Positions 37,022 through 46,415 of a DNA stretch of 53,182 nt are shown here, piece by piece. The notes beneath the pieces are model-generated. The model did not search any database, was not told where the DNA came from, and was given only the letters and a program-made list of their open reading frames with translations. The position numbers and the translations under genes are program-made. Positions within the stretch are counted from its first letter, which is position 1. Each line of letters begins with the position of its first letter. The DNA is from Verrucomicrobiota bacterium. Its GTDB lineage: Bacteria > Verrucomicrobiota > Verrucomicrobiia > Chthoniobacterales > UBA10450. Location of the stretch: the NCBI GenBank assembly GCA_003218815.1, contig QHON01000171.1, forward strand, positions 1 to 53,182. The letters are read 5' to 3'.

Positions 37022-37686
37022 GTGAGCTCTGGCCCTGGCTGACGCTGTTCGGGCTAGGCGCTTTTCACGGGATCAATCCAGCTATGGGATGGTTGTTCGC
37101 TGTTGGACTCGGATTGCAGGAACAGAAGCGCATAGCAGTCCTTCGCGCGCTGCCACCGATCGCTCTCGGGCACGCCCTTTCCATCGGGATCATCATCGCC
37201 GCGGTTCTCCTAGCTCGGGTTAGTGTGCCACCATTCGCTTTAAAAATTGCTGCTGCAGCGATCCTATTTGCTTTTGGATTCTATCGCCTTTTTCGCTCAC
37301 GTCACCCGAACTGGGTAGGCATGCGGGTTGGTTTCGGCGATTTAACTCTTTGGTCTTTTGTGATGGCGTCGGCCCATGGCGCGGGTTTAATGCTAATCCC
37401 GTTATTTCTTAAATCAGCCCCACAGACGCTTGGACCACACGCGGGTCCAATGGTCCTACACATGCACCCGACCTGCGGCCTCGAATTCGCTAACTTAAAC
37501 ACGTCTACTCTACTGACGAGTTCAATTGCCGTTCATACGTTAGGCTACCTTCTGGTAACTGGCCTGGTGGCAATCTCGGTTTACGAAAAATTCGGAGTCG
37601 GCATCCTGCGCCGCGCCTGGTTCAACGTCGATGTGTTCTGGATGCTTGCCCTGATGATCGCTGGCTTATTCATCCTTCTCCTTTGA
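37018..37686 (+). CDS. His-rich polytopic membrane protein, function unknown
   Basis: The GTG start overlaps the SBP56 TGA (GTGA at 37018-37021). There are about 6 hydrophobic helices and several His motifs: FHGINP, ALGHA, SAHGAG, GPHAGPMVLHMHPTCG, AVHTLG. Confidence 0.6.
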   Translation: MSELWPWLTLFGLGAFHGINPAMGWLFAVGLGLQEQKRIAVLRALPPIALGHALSIGIIIAAVLLARVSVPPFALKIAAAAILFAFGFYRLFRSRHPNWVGMRVGFGDLTLWSFVMASAHGAGLMLIPLFLKSAPQTLGPHAGPMVLHMHPTCGLEFANLNTSTLLTSSIAVHTLGYLLVTGLVAISVYEKFGVGILRRAWFNVDVFWMLALMIAGLFILLL

Positions 37687-37735
37687 ATTGAAGTCGGAAA
37701 TTCGCGTGCGGCAGGCGATTGGGTAATGATCGGGG

Positions 37736-38572
37736 GTGAAAATTGTGACCACGATTGCGGAGGCTCAATCGCGCCAGCGCTCAAAACCGAGTGTGCTCGT
37801 GCCCACGATGGGAGCTCTACACAAAGCGCATCTGGAATTGATTCGAGTTGCGCGTGAGCACGCCGAACAAGATGGCGAAGTGGCGGTGAGTATCTTTGTG
37901 AACCGGCTTCAATTTGAACCGGGAAGTGATTACGAACGATATCCGCGCCCGAAAAAAGCCGATGAAGATTTTTGCCAGGATGCCGGTGTCGATCTTTTAT
38001 TCCGACCAACGCCCGCGGAAATGTATGCCGGCGACCGCTCAGTCTTTGTTGAAGAGGCTTCTCTTTCGAAAACACTCTGTGGCAAGTCGCGACCCGGTCA
38101 TTTTCGGGGCGTCTGCACGGTTGTGGCGAAATTGTTCAACATTCTTACGCCGGATGTGGCTGTCTTTGGCGAAAAAGATTTTCAGCAACTCGCGATTATT
38201 CGCCAGATGGTGCGCGATCTTAATTTTAAGATCGACATCATGGGCGTACCGACTGTTCGCGAAAACGACGGATTGGCTTGCAGCTCGCGCAATCAATACT
38301 TGAACGCGGAAGAGCGACAGCAGGCAACCGTTTTGCGAAAAGCTTTGTTGAAAGGCGCCGAGATGACGCGCGGCGGCGAAACGTCGCCTGCGCGAATTGT
38401 CTCCGCCGTTCGCGAAACGATCGGTCAAGCAGTGCTCGCACGAATTGACTACGTTGATCTTGTGGACGCGGAAAATTTGCAGCCGATCGGAGTCGTTAGG
38501 CCGAATACGCTGCTCGCGCTTGCCGTTTTCTTCCGCAAAACTCGTTTGATTGACAATATTCTCCTCCCGTGA
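37736..38572 (+). CDS. panC: Pantoate--beta-alanine ligase
   Basis: The start is GTG. VPTMGALHKAHLELI, GHFRGVCTVVAKLFN and FGEKDFQQ are present. Confidence 0.95.
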   Translation: MKIVTTIAEAQSRQRSKPSVLVPTMGALHKAHLELIRVAREHAEQDGEVAVSIFVNRLQFEPGSDYERYPRPKKADEDFCQDAGVDLLFRPTPAEMYAGDRSVFVEEASLSKTLCGKSRPGHFRGVCTVVAKLFNILTPDVAVFGEKDFQQLAIIRQMVRDLNFKIDIMGVPTVRENDGLACSSRNQYLNAEERQQATVLRKALLKGAEMTRGGETSPARIVSAVRETIGQAVLARIDYVDLVDAENLQPIGVVRPNTLLALAVFFRKTRLIDNILLP

Positions 38573-40167
38573 AGGAATACGATTTTGTTGTCATCGGCAG
38601 CGGCATTGCTGGCCTCAGTTTTGCGCTAAAAGTGGCAAATCATGGTTCCGTCGCGGTGATTACCAAGCGTAAGGGCGCGGACACAAACACAGCCTGGGCG
38701 CAAGGCGGAGTAGCGTGCGTAACGAGCGATGAAGATTCTTTCGAGCTGCACGTATGCGACACACTCGAGGCAGGCGCCGGACTTTGCGACGAGGCGACCG
38801 TTCGCACGATTGTCATGGAAGGCCCGAATCGAATCCGAGAGTTAATGGAATTTGGGTTGCAATTCGATGAGCGCGAGGTCTCCGGCCATCGCGAACTCGA
38901 TCTCGGCAAGGAGGGCGGCCACTCGAAGCGGCGGGTGCTGCATGTGCGAGACGTGACAGGAAAAGAGATCGAGGACACTCTGCTGCGCGAGCTCGGCCGC
39001 CAATCGAATGTTGAGCTATTTGAAAATCATATGGCGGTCGATTTGATCACCGCAGGCAAGCTCGGTTTCGCAACAGAAGATCGCTGTCTTGGCGTCTATG
39101 TTCTGGATGAAAAAACGGGAGAAGTAGAAACGATCCGTTCGGATCGAATCGTGCTGGCGACGGGCGGTTGCGGGAAAGTCTACTTGTATACGACCAATCC
39201 GGATATCGCGACTGGAGACGGCGTCGCAATGGCGTGGCGCGCGGGAGCAGTCATCGTTAACATGGAGTTCATCCAATTTCATCCGACATGCCTTTTTCAC
39301 GCCGAGGTAAAATCATTTCTCATCTCGGAAGCCGTGCGCGGCGAAGGCGGAATTTTGCGCAACAATCGCGGCGAGAATTTTATGAAACGGTATGATCCGC
39401 GGGGCTCGCTCGCTTCGCGCGACATCGTGGCCCGTGCGATCGATGCGGAGATCAAGCGCGCCGGCGCGCAATGCGTGTTTCTGGATATCACCCACAAATC
39501 GCCGGAGTTCATCCGCGAGCGATTCCCGCACATTTACGAGACGTGCCAGCGATTCGGGATCGACATGTCTAAGCAGCCGATTCCGGTCGTGCCGGCGGCG
39601 CATTATCAATGCGGCGGAATCAAAACGGATGTGAACGGAGCGACGAGTTTGCCCGGGCTGTATGCGATCGGCGAAGTCGCATGCACCGGATTGCATGGAG
39701 CGAATCGCCTTGCTAGCAATTCGCTGCTCGAAGGTTTAGTAGTGGCGCATCGTGCCGCGGCCGCTGCTGGGGAGGCACAACGCCCTTCGCATCTGGCGCG
39801 GAAGATTTCGCTCCCGGAGTGGCAATCGGGGAACGTGCAGGACGTCGATGAGCTGGTTGTTATCTATCACAATTGGGACGAGATCAGACGTCTGATGTGG
39901 GATTACGTAGGAATTGTGCGCACGGACAAACGGCTCCAGCGCGCGAGCGCGCGGTTGCGAAATCTGCAGCGGGAAATTCGCGAGTTTTACTGGAACTTCA
40001 AGGTGTCGGTTGATCTATTGGAGCTTCGTAATCTGGCAACAGTGGCGGCGCTCATTGTGGACTCCGCACTAAGCCGACAAGAGAGCCGTGGTCTTCATTA
40101 CACACTCGATTATCCCGAGATGAAAGATCGACAATTTAAGCATGAGACCGTGCTCAGTCTCGGGTGA
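38569..40167 (+). CDS. nadB: L-aspartate oxidase
   Basis: The GTG start overlaps the panC TGA. FVVIGSGIAGLSFA, YAIGEVACTGLHGANRLASNSLLE and RGLHYTLDYP are present. Confidence 0.95.
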   Translation: MKEYDFVVIGSGIAGLSFALKVANHGSVAVITKRKGADTNTAWAQGGVACVTSDEDSFELHVCDTLEAGAGLCDEATVRTIVMEGPNRIRELMEFGLQFDEREVSGHRELDLGKEGGHSKRRVLHVRDVTGKEIEDTLLRELGRQSNVELFENHMAVDLITAGKLGFATEDRCLGVYVLDEKTGEVETIRSDRIVLATGGCGKVYLYTTNPDIATGDGVAMAWRAGAVIVNMEFIQFHPTCLFHAEVKSFLISEAVRGEGGILRNNRGENFMKRYDPRGSLASRDIVARAIDAEIKRAGAQCVFLDITHKSPEFIRERFPHIYETCQRFGIDMSKQPIPVVPAAHYQCGGIKTDVNGATSLPGLYAIGEVACTGLHGANRLASNSLLEGLVVAHRAAAAAGEAQRPSHLARKISLPEWQSGNVQDVDELVVIYHNWDEIRRLMWDYVGIVRTDKRLQRASARLRNLQREIREFYWNFKVSVDLLELRNLATVAALIVDSALSRQESRGLHYTLDYPEMKDRQFKHETVLSLG

Positions 40168-40283
40168 GTGCGGAGATCGGCTCTCTTACAGTGATTCGGA
40201 ATCCGTGCCGGAGCGTGTTTTGACATGGAAAATGCCTTGCCTAGATGCATGTCATCAGATAAAAGGGTGGCGGTAATTCACGG

Positions 40284-41117
40284 ATGAAGAGACTTTTATC
40301 GGTTTGTTTGACTTTAGTGATAGTGGGCGCGGCTAAAGGCGACGAACAATCAACTTCGCCATACGCGACGGCCGCGGATTTTGCGAAATATGCGATGAAG
40401 CTCCGGGAGCAAGCGCTGCTTAAAGTTGAGCCGCAGGTTTTTGTGCCAACAAGTTCGCGACCTACGACGCAACGTTTCCAGTGGAAAATGAACATCGTAA
40501 CCACGGTTTTTTGGGTTGGGGAACAATCAGGCGGAAACAACCCGGTGCCGAATTACCGAAGCTCGTGGGATTTCAATTGGACGACTAATTATGGCGGCTT
40601 CGATACACCGGATCCCTCGGCGCGGCGCAATTATATTCCCGTAGCCTTCATACCGCACCAAAATCCATTCTACTGCGCGCTGCCGTACAACGACGTCACC
40701 CACGGTCAATTCAAACCAGAAGCTCCGCTGGTCATCCCGTGGTTTAAACAGGTCTACGCGGGGCCTGGCCAGTCGGTGTGTAAAGATCGCTGGATCGCGA
40801 TCCGAAAAGGCAACCGGACTTGCTACGCGCAGTGGGAAGATTGCGGCCCATTTCGCACCGATCATTACCAATACGTTTTTCAAAATGAACGGCCGAAGCC
40901 GAACCTCAACCATGGAGCTGGGTTGGATGTTTCTCCAGCCGTCCGCGATTATCTTGGCCTAGCCCCGACCGACGTGACGGATTGGCAATTTGTTGAAGTG
41001 CGCGATGTGCCTGCCGGTCCCTGGCGAAACTACGGCGAAAACAATCACTTCGTCATTGCCCGGCGCCAAACAGAAAAGCGACTGGTCGAGACGATTTCAA
41101 CAAGCGCGAAGAAGTAG
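40284..41117 (+). CDS. Secreted hypothetical protein with a possible RlpA-like double-psi beta-barrel region
   Basis: The signal peptide is MKRLLSVCLTLVIVGAAKG. RWIAIRKGNRTCYAQWEDCGPFRTDH...GAGLDVSPAVRDYLGL resembles the DPBB pattern (v.V..g...v.v.D.GPf...iDlS.aa...LG). I make this call from memory with low certainty. Confidence 0.5.
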   Translation: MKRLLSVCLTLVIVGAAKGDEQSTSPYATAADFAKYAMKLREQALLKVEPQVFVPTSSRPTTQRFQWKMNIVTTVFWVGEQSGGNNPVPNYRSSWDFNWTTNYGGFDTPDPSARRNYIPVAFIPHQNPFYCALPYNDVTHGQFKPEAPLVIPWFKQVYAGPGQSVCKDRWIAIRKGNRTCYAQWEDCGPFRTDHYQYVFQNERPKPNLNHGAGLDVSPAVRDYLGLAPTDVTDWQFVEVRDVPAGPWRNYGENNHFVIARRQTEKRLVETISTSAKK

Positions 41118-41149
41118 ACAATAGCTGACAGCCTTCGGTTCGTAATTAG

Positions 41150-41980
41150 CTAGCCCTTTGGCGAAGATGCTGGAGAGGGGGCTATCGATTTTGATGGCGA
41201 TGGAGTAATTGTTGCAGGAAGGCTCTCGTGTGTTCCCGGCGACGGCGGGGGTTGAGGGACTGCCGCCTGAATCAATTCCGAAACGGTCACGAATCTGAAA
41301 CCTTTCGCCTCTAGTGCATCGAAAGTTGACGGCATCGCTTCAATCGTCCCCGGATGAATGTCGTGGGACAACACGATTGAGCCCGGCTGCGTTTCTTTGA
41401 GAATGCGATTACGCACTACGGACGGCCCGGGTCGCTTCCAATCGTACGGATCGACGTCCCAAAGAATGATTTGATATCCGAACTGATCGTGAATCCAACG
41501 TTTTTGGCGCGCCGTAATGGATCCATAAGGTGGTCGCAGCAAAATCGGTCGCGTGCCAGTAGCCTCTTTGATTGCGTCGTCGGTTCGCTGCACCTGGCCG
41601 CGCACCCCTTCATCCGACATTTTGCCGAAATTAGGATGCGACCAGCTATGATTTCCAATTTCATGACCTTCGCGCGCGGCCCGTGCGACGATTTCGGGAT
41701 GTTCTACAACATTTTCCCCGATTACGAAGAAAGTTGCTTTAATGCGGTGAGCCGCGAGAATGTCCAATAGTTTCGGGGTGAGCGTCGCGCTGGGGCCGTC
41801 ATCAAAAGTTATCGCGATGTACGGACCATCGACATGGACCGAGCTGAACGTAATACTCGACTCGGCCGGGGCATTCCGGCTGACCTTTTCGGAATCTCGC
41901 GCCGCAATTGTGCGTTGCACTGGAATGTGCGCCGTGGCGAGGCCAATAGAACAGAAGAAGAGCAGACGAGAGACGGACAT
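41150..41980 (-). CDS. Polysaccharide deacetylase (NodB homology domain, CE4)
   Basis: ATG at 41980 gives the signal MSVSRLLFFCSIGLATA. Motifs present are ITFDDGPS, HEIGNHSWSHP, LLRPPYG and a Pro/Ser-rich tail. Confidence 0.85.
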   Translation of the reverse strand: MSVSRLLFFCSIGLATAHIPVQRTIAARDSEKVSRNAPAESSITFSSVHVDGPYIAITFDDGPSATLTPKLLDILAAHRIKATFFVIGENVVEHPEIVARAAREGHEIGNHSWSHPNFGKMSDEGVRGQVQRTDDAIKEATGTRPILLRPPYGSITARQKRWIHDQFGYQIILWDVDPYDWKRPGPSVVRNRILKETQPGSIVLSHDIHPGTIEAMPSTFDALEAKGFRFVTVSELIQAAVPQPPPSPGTHESLPATITPSPSKSIAPSPASSPKG

Positions 41981-42105
41981 GAGCGAACGCGGCAAACAGG
42001 CTGCGTGTATCTAGCAGAGGCAGCTAGCAACGCAAGGTGTGTAGCCAAAGAGATTGAGTGGAAATGTACCGGCGCCTTTTGCGTTGCCGCAAAAACAATG
42101 CGCAC

Positions 42106-42558
42106 TCAGCCTTTGCGCAATTTCTCTAGCTGCACGATGAAGGCTGCCAGCCCGTCGGGGAAGTAGCCGTCGTACTGCCAAAGCTTCTGACCGTCGCCAT
42201 TGAGCACGACGATTGTGGGAAATCCTTCAACTTGGTACTGCTGCGCGAGCTCTTGATTCTGCTTTCTCACCTCAGCGTTTTGCGGTTTCGCGCGTGGGAA
42301 ATCGACTTCCAGGAGCACAAGATTCTCGCGCGCATAATCTTTAAACTGGGATTGCGAGAGAATCTCCTTGTCCAATTTCTTACACCAGCCGCACCAATCC
42401 GAGCCGGTGAAATCCAGGAGCAGAAATTTGTTATTCGTTTTGGCCTCTTGCTGCGCTCTTTTGTAATCGTTGAGCCAGCCAGACTCTCCGTGGGAGCACG
42501 CCGCACCAAGTGAAATACAGACCGTAGCAGCGAGAAGAATCAAACGATGGTTGCTCAC
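42106..42558 (-). CDS. Secreted thioredoxin-fold protein (thioredoxin_7-like)
   Basis: A signal sequence (and possible lipobox SLGAAC) is followed by KFLLLDFTGSDWCGWCKKLDKEI, which carries a CxxC motif. Confidence 0.8.
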   Translation of the reverse strand: MSNHRLILLAATVCISLGAACSHGESGWLNDYKRAQQEAKTNNKFLLLDFTGSDWCGWCKKLDKEILSQSQFKDYARENLVLLEVDFPRAKPQNAEVRKQNQELAQQYQVEGFPTIVVLNGDGQKLWQYDGYFPDGLAAFIVQLEKLRKG

Positions 42559-42648
42559 ATCGTTATCTTTGACCAGACCATGCTCCGGCGCAAGGACGGC
42601 AAAACGAGCCGCCCGTCCGGCAATTATTCCTCACGTCTGTCCGAAACA

Positions 42649-42670
42649 GCCCGGCGTGGGCACGCCGGGC
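42649..42670 (-). terminator. GC-rich hairpin downstream of the SWIB gene
   Basis: GCCCGGCGT-GGGC-ACGCCGGGC forms a 9-bp stem with a 4-nt loop. On the minus strand it is followed by TGTTTCGG, a weak U-tract. It lies 20 nt after the SWIB stop codon. Confidence 0.4.
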
Positions 42671-42689
42671 CATAAACGGATTATAAGAT

Positions 42690-42971
42690 CTAGCGCAGAT
42701 GCCCCGAGACGAGCTTGGTCATCTCGAACATGCTTACCTGGCTCTTGCCATTAAATACTGGCCTGAGCGAGTCGTCCGCGTTGATCATGGTTCTTTTCTT
42801 TTTGTCCTGACAACCGTGCTTCTTGATATAGTTCCAAAGCTTCTTTGTAAGCTCGGAACGTGGTAGCGGCGTTGACCCGACGATAGCAGAAAGCTTATCG
42901 TCAGGCTGAACCGGTCTCATGAAGGCGGGATTCGGTTTGCGTTTGGAAGGTTTCTTTTTGGTTTTCGGCAT
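42690..42971 (-). CDS. SWIB/MDM2 domain protein with basic N-terminal tail
   Basis: MPKTKKKPSKRKPNPAF is followed by LSAIVGSTPLPRSELTKKLWNYIKKHGCQDKKKRTMINADDSLRPVF, a canonical SWIB domain. Confidence 0.85.
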   Translation of the reverse strand: MPKTKKKPSKRKPNPAFMRPVQPDDKLSAIVGSTPLPRSELTKKLWNYIKKHGCQDKKKRTMINADDSLRPVFNGKSQVSMFEMTKLVSGHLR

Positions 42972-43037
42972 AGACGCTGATTACCGTTTCAACCGCGCGA
43001 GAGCAATACTAATTTTGACGAAACGACAAAAATATTG

Positions 43038-44198
43038 CTAAACCGTTCGGCGGACGGCCAGCGCTGCCACATCGTCTGGCAAAGAATCGTTGCTGTTTTC
43101 TGGTACCGCTTGATTTAGTATGCCTTTGAGCAGCGCCTCGGCGTTGGGTGCAGAGTGATCGAGCATTTTCTCCAGGCGCTTTGGAGTTAAGCGGAGCCGT
43201 TCGCCTTTCGCGGCGCCGAACAAACCGTCCGTATAAAGGAGAAAAGCATCGCCTGAGTCAAGATCGACAATCGTTTCCGTAAATTCAGGGTGTTCGATCA
43301 AACCCAATGGAGGGGCGACCGACGCGATCGATTCCGTACCGCCGCTGCGGCGCGCGATCAGAACCGGAGGGTGCCCGGCGCCCACGACAGTCGCGCGTCC
43401 GGTCGCGGGATCGACGGCGACGCACATAGCTGTCATAAAAGAGCGCGCGCCAAAAACTCTGCGAAAATCGTTGTTCACCGCTTCCATTACCCTAGCGGGG
43501 CCATCGTGCTCAACGCTGCCATGATGAAAAAGAAGTTTCGCCAGGGTGGTAAGCAGCGCAGCAGCGGCCCCGTGGCCGGTACCATCGGCAATCCAAAACA
43601 AGATTCGGCCATCTTTCATCCGCAGCCAGCCATAGATATCGCCGCCTACTTGGATGACAGGTCGATAACAGGTGGCGACTTCCCAGCCTGCAATGGTGGG
43701 TGGCTTTTGTGGAATTAGGGATTGCTGAGTCAACTGCGCGGCAGCAAGATCGCGCTCTAGATTGCGACGCCATTCTTCAAGCTCGTCATTTTGCCGCTCT
43801 AATTGGCGCCGCATCGAGCGCACCCGAAGTTGAGTCTCAATTCGCGCCCGCAACACCGCAGCGTTGACCGGCTTGGTCACAAAATCGTCCGCCCCGGCTT
43901 GCAAGCAACGCACTTCACTTTCCTCGCTTCCGTGCCCCGTCAACATGATCGCGGGAATTTGCGCGATTGCCGGGTCGCTATCAGAACGAAGGGTTTTGAG
44001 TACCTCGGTGCCGTTTAGCCCTGGCATATCGAAGTCGAGAAGAAGGAGCGAAGGCCGCTTGGCGTGCACAAGTGCTAATGCCTCGGCCCCGTCCTCGCAC
44101 TCGTGGCACTGGTAACCTGCGGACGCCAGCAGTCGTGCTAGGATTTTGCGACTCACGGCGTCATCGTCTACAACTAAAATCTGGGAGGTCTTCGACAT
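43038..44198 (-). CDS. Response-regulator receiver domain fused to a PP2C/SpoIIE-type serine phosphatase
   Basis: The REC domain shows ILVVDDDAVSRKIL...LLLLDFDMPGLNG...TGHG...K. A coiled linker follows. The PP2C domain shows GGDIYGWL...FWIADGTGHGAAAALL...LLYTDGL. Confidence 0.9.
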   Translation of the reverse strand: MSKTSQILVVDDDAVSRKILARLLASAGYQCHECEDGAEALALVHAKRPSLLLLDFDMPGLNGTEVLKTLRSDSDPAIAQIPAIMLTGHGSEESEVRCLQAGADDFVTKPVNAAVLRARIETQLRVRSMRRQLERQNDELEEWRRNLERDLAAAQLTQQSLIPQKPPTIAGWEVATCYRPVIQVGGDIYGWLRMKDGRILFWIADGTGHGAAAALLTTLAKLLFHHGSVEHDGPARVMEAVNNDFRRVFGARSFMTAMCVAVDPATGRATVVGAGHPPVLIARRSGGTESIASVAPPLGLIEHPEFTETIVDLDSGDAFLLYTDGLFGAAKGERLRLTPKRLEKMLDHSAPNAEALLKGILNQAVPENSNDSLPDDVAALAVRRTV

Positions 44199-44433
44199 CT
44201 CTTCTTTGGATTCGGATCAAAAGCGGTCCGCCATTGTATTCTAGTCGGTCTTTGCCAAAGCATCGGAACTTGGGACTTGATGATGCTGTCACGGAAGCTC
44301 TGGGGAGAGGACCGACAGAACTATTCAAATTCCTTGGCGAGTATATTAGCGTCGTCGGCGAACTTTCGGCAAAACGATTTAGTGATTGGCAATGAGGTTG
44401 GATGCAGATACGTTTTCGCAGCATTCCCGGTTT

Positions 44434-44823
44434 ATGAAATTCTCACTGTTGCTTACCTTGCTCGTCGCCTTCTTTTTTTCTTCATGCAGTGAAGAGCCGC
44501 CGCCGCAACGCACCCCTCATCGCGTAGCGAATTACCCGCCACCGCAGACCGAAGAATATCCGCCTCAGCAGCAGCCGTTCAACCCGAATGGACCTGTTCG
44601 GCCTCAAGGTACGCCCCGGGAGGAGGCGGCCGCTTCCCCTGTTCCAACGGCTGCGCCCACAAAAGTAGCGAAGGGAGATTATCCATACGGAATTCCTGTT
44701 CCTGGCAAGCCTCATCTCGTCGAAAGTCCTTTTTCGCCCGGCAAATACGTGGACGTGGAAGGATTTCCTCCAGGAACGGAAGTGAAGGACCCCTACACGG
44801 ACAAAATTTTTCTCGTCCCGTAA
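44434..44823 (+). CDS. Lipoprotein with Pro/Gln-rich linker and conserved C-terminal motif (paralog of 21864..22406)
   Basis: ATG at 44434 gives MKFSLLLTLLVAFFFSSC (lipobox). The C-terminal sequence is PGKPHLVESPFSPGKYVDVEGFPPGTEVKDPYTDKIFLVP (44701..44820). Confidence 0.65.
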   Translation: MKFSLLLTLLVAFFFSSCSEEPPPQRTPHRVANYPPPQTEEYPPQQQPFNPNGPVRPQGTPREEAAASPVPTAAPTKVAKGDYPYGIPVPGKPHLVESPFSPGKYVDVEGFPPGTEVKDPYTDKIFLVP

Positions 44824-44990
44824 TTGGGGGTAACTTGTGCAAGCGCCGCCGCGTTGACACAAGTTAACTTGAAAAACCTTTGGATTTGCCTCTCAGGAGA
44901 GGGACGCTGGACAACTCCGTCTTATATCCGATGCTGACCTTGGTGCGCTAAAGAAGCGCTCGCTTCGCCAAAAGATTTCACAATTCGTCT

Positions 44991-46343
44991 ATGGAACTAC
45001 GGATCAAACGAGCCCCTCGAATTGACATCGAAATCACTGTTCCGGGTGATAAGAGCATTTCGCATCGCGCGGTAATCATTGCGGCTTTGTCCAATGGTGT
45101 GTGCACCCTGCATGGGTTTCTCCCGAGCGAAGATTGCATGCGCACTGTCAACGCAATGCGCGCTTTAGGTGTTAAGATCGAACAACCTGCGCCAGACACG
45201 CTGATCGTCCATGGGAAAAAGCGTGTCCTCACGCCGCCCAAAAAGGACATCAATTGCGGAAATTCTGGGACGACGATGCGGCTTCTCGCCGGCCTCCTCT
45301 CCGGACAGACATTTGAGAGCCGCCTCGTCGGAGACGCCGGTCTCTCTCGACGTCCCATGAATCGCGTGATCGCACCGCTTCGTCAGATGGGTGCAAACAT
45401 TCTCGCCGAGGGTCCGGAACAGACGCCGCCAATTCGCATCCGTGGCGGCTCCTTGCGAGGAATTCATTATCGGCTGCCGATAGCGAGCGCCCAGGTAACA
45501 AGCTCATTACTCCTAGCGGGTCTGTTTGCCAAGGGCAAAACCACTGTCGAGCAGCACTCAATCACTCGAAATCATACAGAACTGATGCTCAATTATTTTC
45601 TCGTGCGCACGGTAAAAAATGGCGAGGGCAATATCAGTGTTTTCGGTGATCAGGTTCCGGAGTCACGTGATTTTAATATTCCGGGCGACATTTCTTCCGC
45701 GGCTTTTTGGTTGGTCGCCGCCGCGGCCCAACCGCGGGGCCATCTGCTCGTGCGCGATATTGGTTTAAACGATACCCGAACGGCGTTACTCGGCGTTTTG
45801 CTGCGAATGGGCGCGCAGGTGCGAGAAGCCGTCGAAGATGTCGATCAGTTTGAGCCGCGCGGAATCGTCGAGGTCACAGGAGTCGCGCTCAAAGGTACCG
45901 TCATTCAAGGCAAAGAAGTGCCGAAGCTCATTGACGAACTGCCGATACTGGCAGTAGCAGGCGCCTTGGCAAATGGCACAACAATCATTCGCCATGCGCA
46001 GGAGTTGCGCGTCAAGGAAAGCGATCGCATTGCCGCAATCGCGCACAATCTGCGCGCCATGGGTACACAAGTCGCCGAAATGAAAGATGGCCTCGAAATT
46101 CATGGTCCGGCTGCCTTGCATGGGACGCGCATAATGAGCTTCGGCGATCATCGCGTCGCGATGGCCTTTGCTATTGCGGGTCTCTTTGCCGACGGCGAAA
46201 CGATTATTCAGGATGCGGACTGCATTCGTGAATCGTATCCGGGGTTTGAAACCGTCCTCGAAGAATTCACCAATTCGAAACGGATGCAGATTAGCACACC
46301 AGTCATCGGTTCGCTGACTCCTGCTCCAGTCGAGGAAGCCTGA
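44991..46343 (+). CDS. aroA: 3-phosphoshikimate 1-carboxyvinyltransferase (EPSP synthase)
   Basis: VPGDKSISHRAVIIAAL, CGNSGTTMRLLAGLL, LRVKESDRIAA and SFGDHRVAMAFAIAG are present. Confidence 0.95.
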   Translation: MELRIKRAPRIDIEITVPGDKSISHRAVIIAALSNGVCTLHGFLPSEDCMRTVNAMRALGVKIEQPAPDTLIVHGKKRVLTPPKKDINCGNSGTTMRLLAGLLSGQTFESRLVGDAGLSRRPMNRVIAPLRQMGANILAEGPEQTPPIRIRGGSLRGIHYRLPIASAQVTSSLLLAGLFAKGKTTVEQHSITRNHTELMLNYFLVRTVKNGEGNISVFGDQVPESRDFNIPGDISSAAFWLVAAAAQPRGHLLVRDIGLNDTRTALLGVLLRMGAQVREAVEDVDQFEPRGIVEVTGVALKGTVIQGKEVPKLIDELPILAVAGALANGTTIIRHAQELRVKESDRIAAIAHNLRAMGTQVAEMKDGLEIHGPAALHGTRIMSFGDHRVAMAFAIAGLFADGETIIQDADCIRESYPGFETVLEEFTNSKRMQISTPVIGSLTPAPVEEA

Positions 46344-46415
46344 TCGGCAAGTATGGGTTTGCCTGCGTGTTTCCGCGGGCTTGCCCTGCATCTTCCCGAC
46401 ACACTAATTTTAGAC

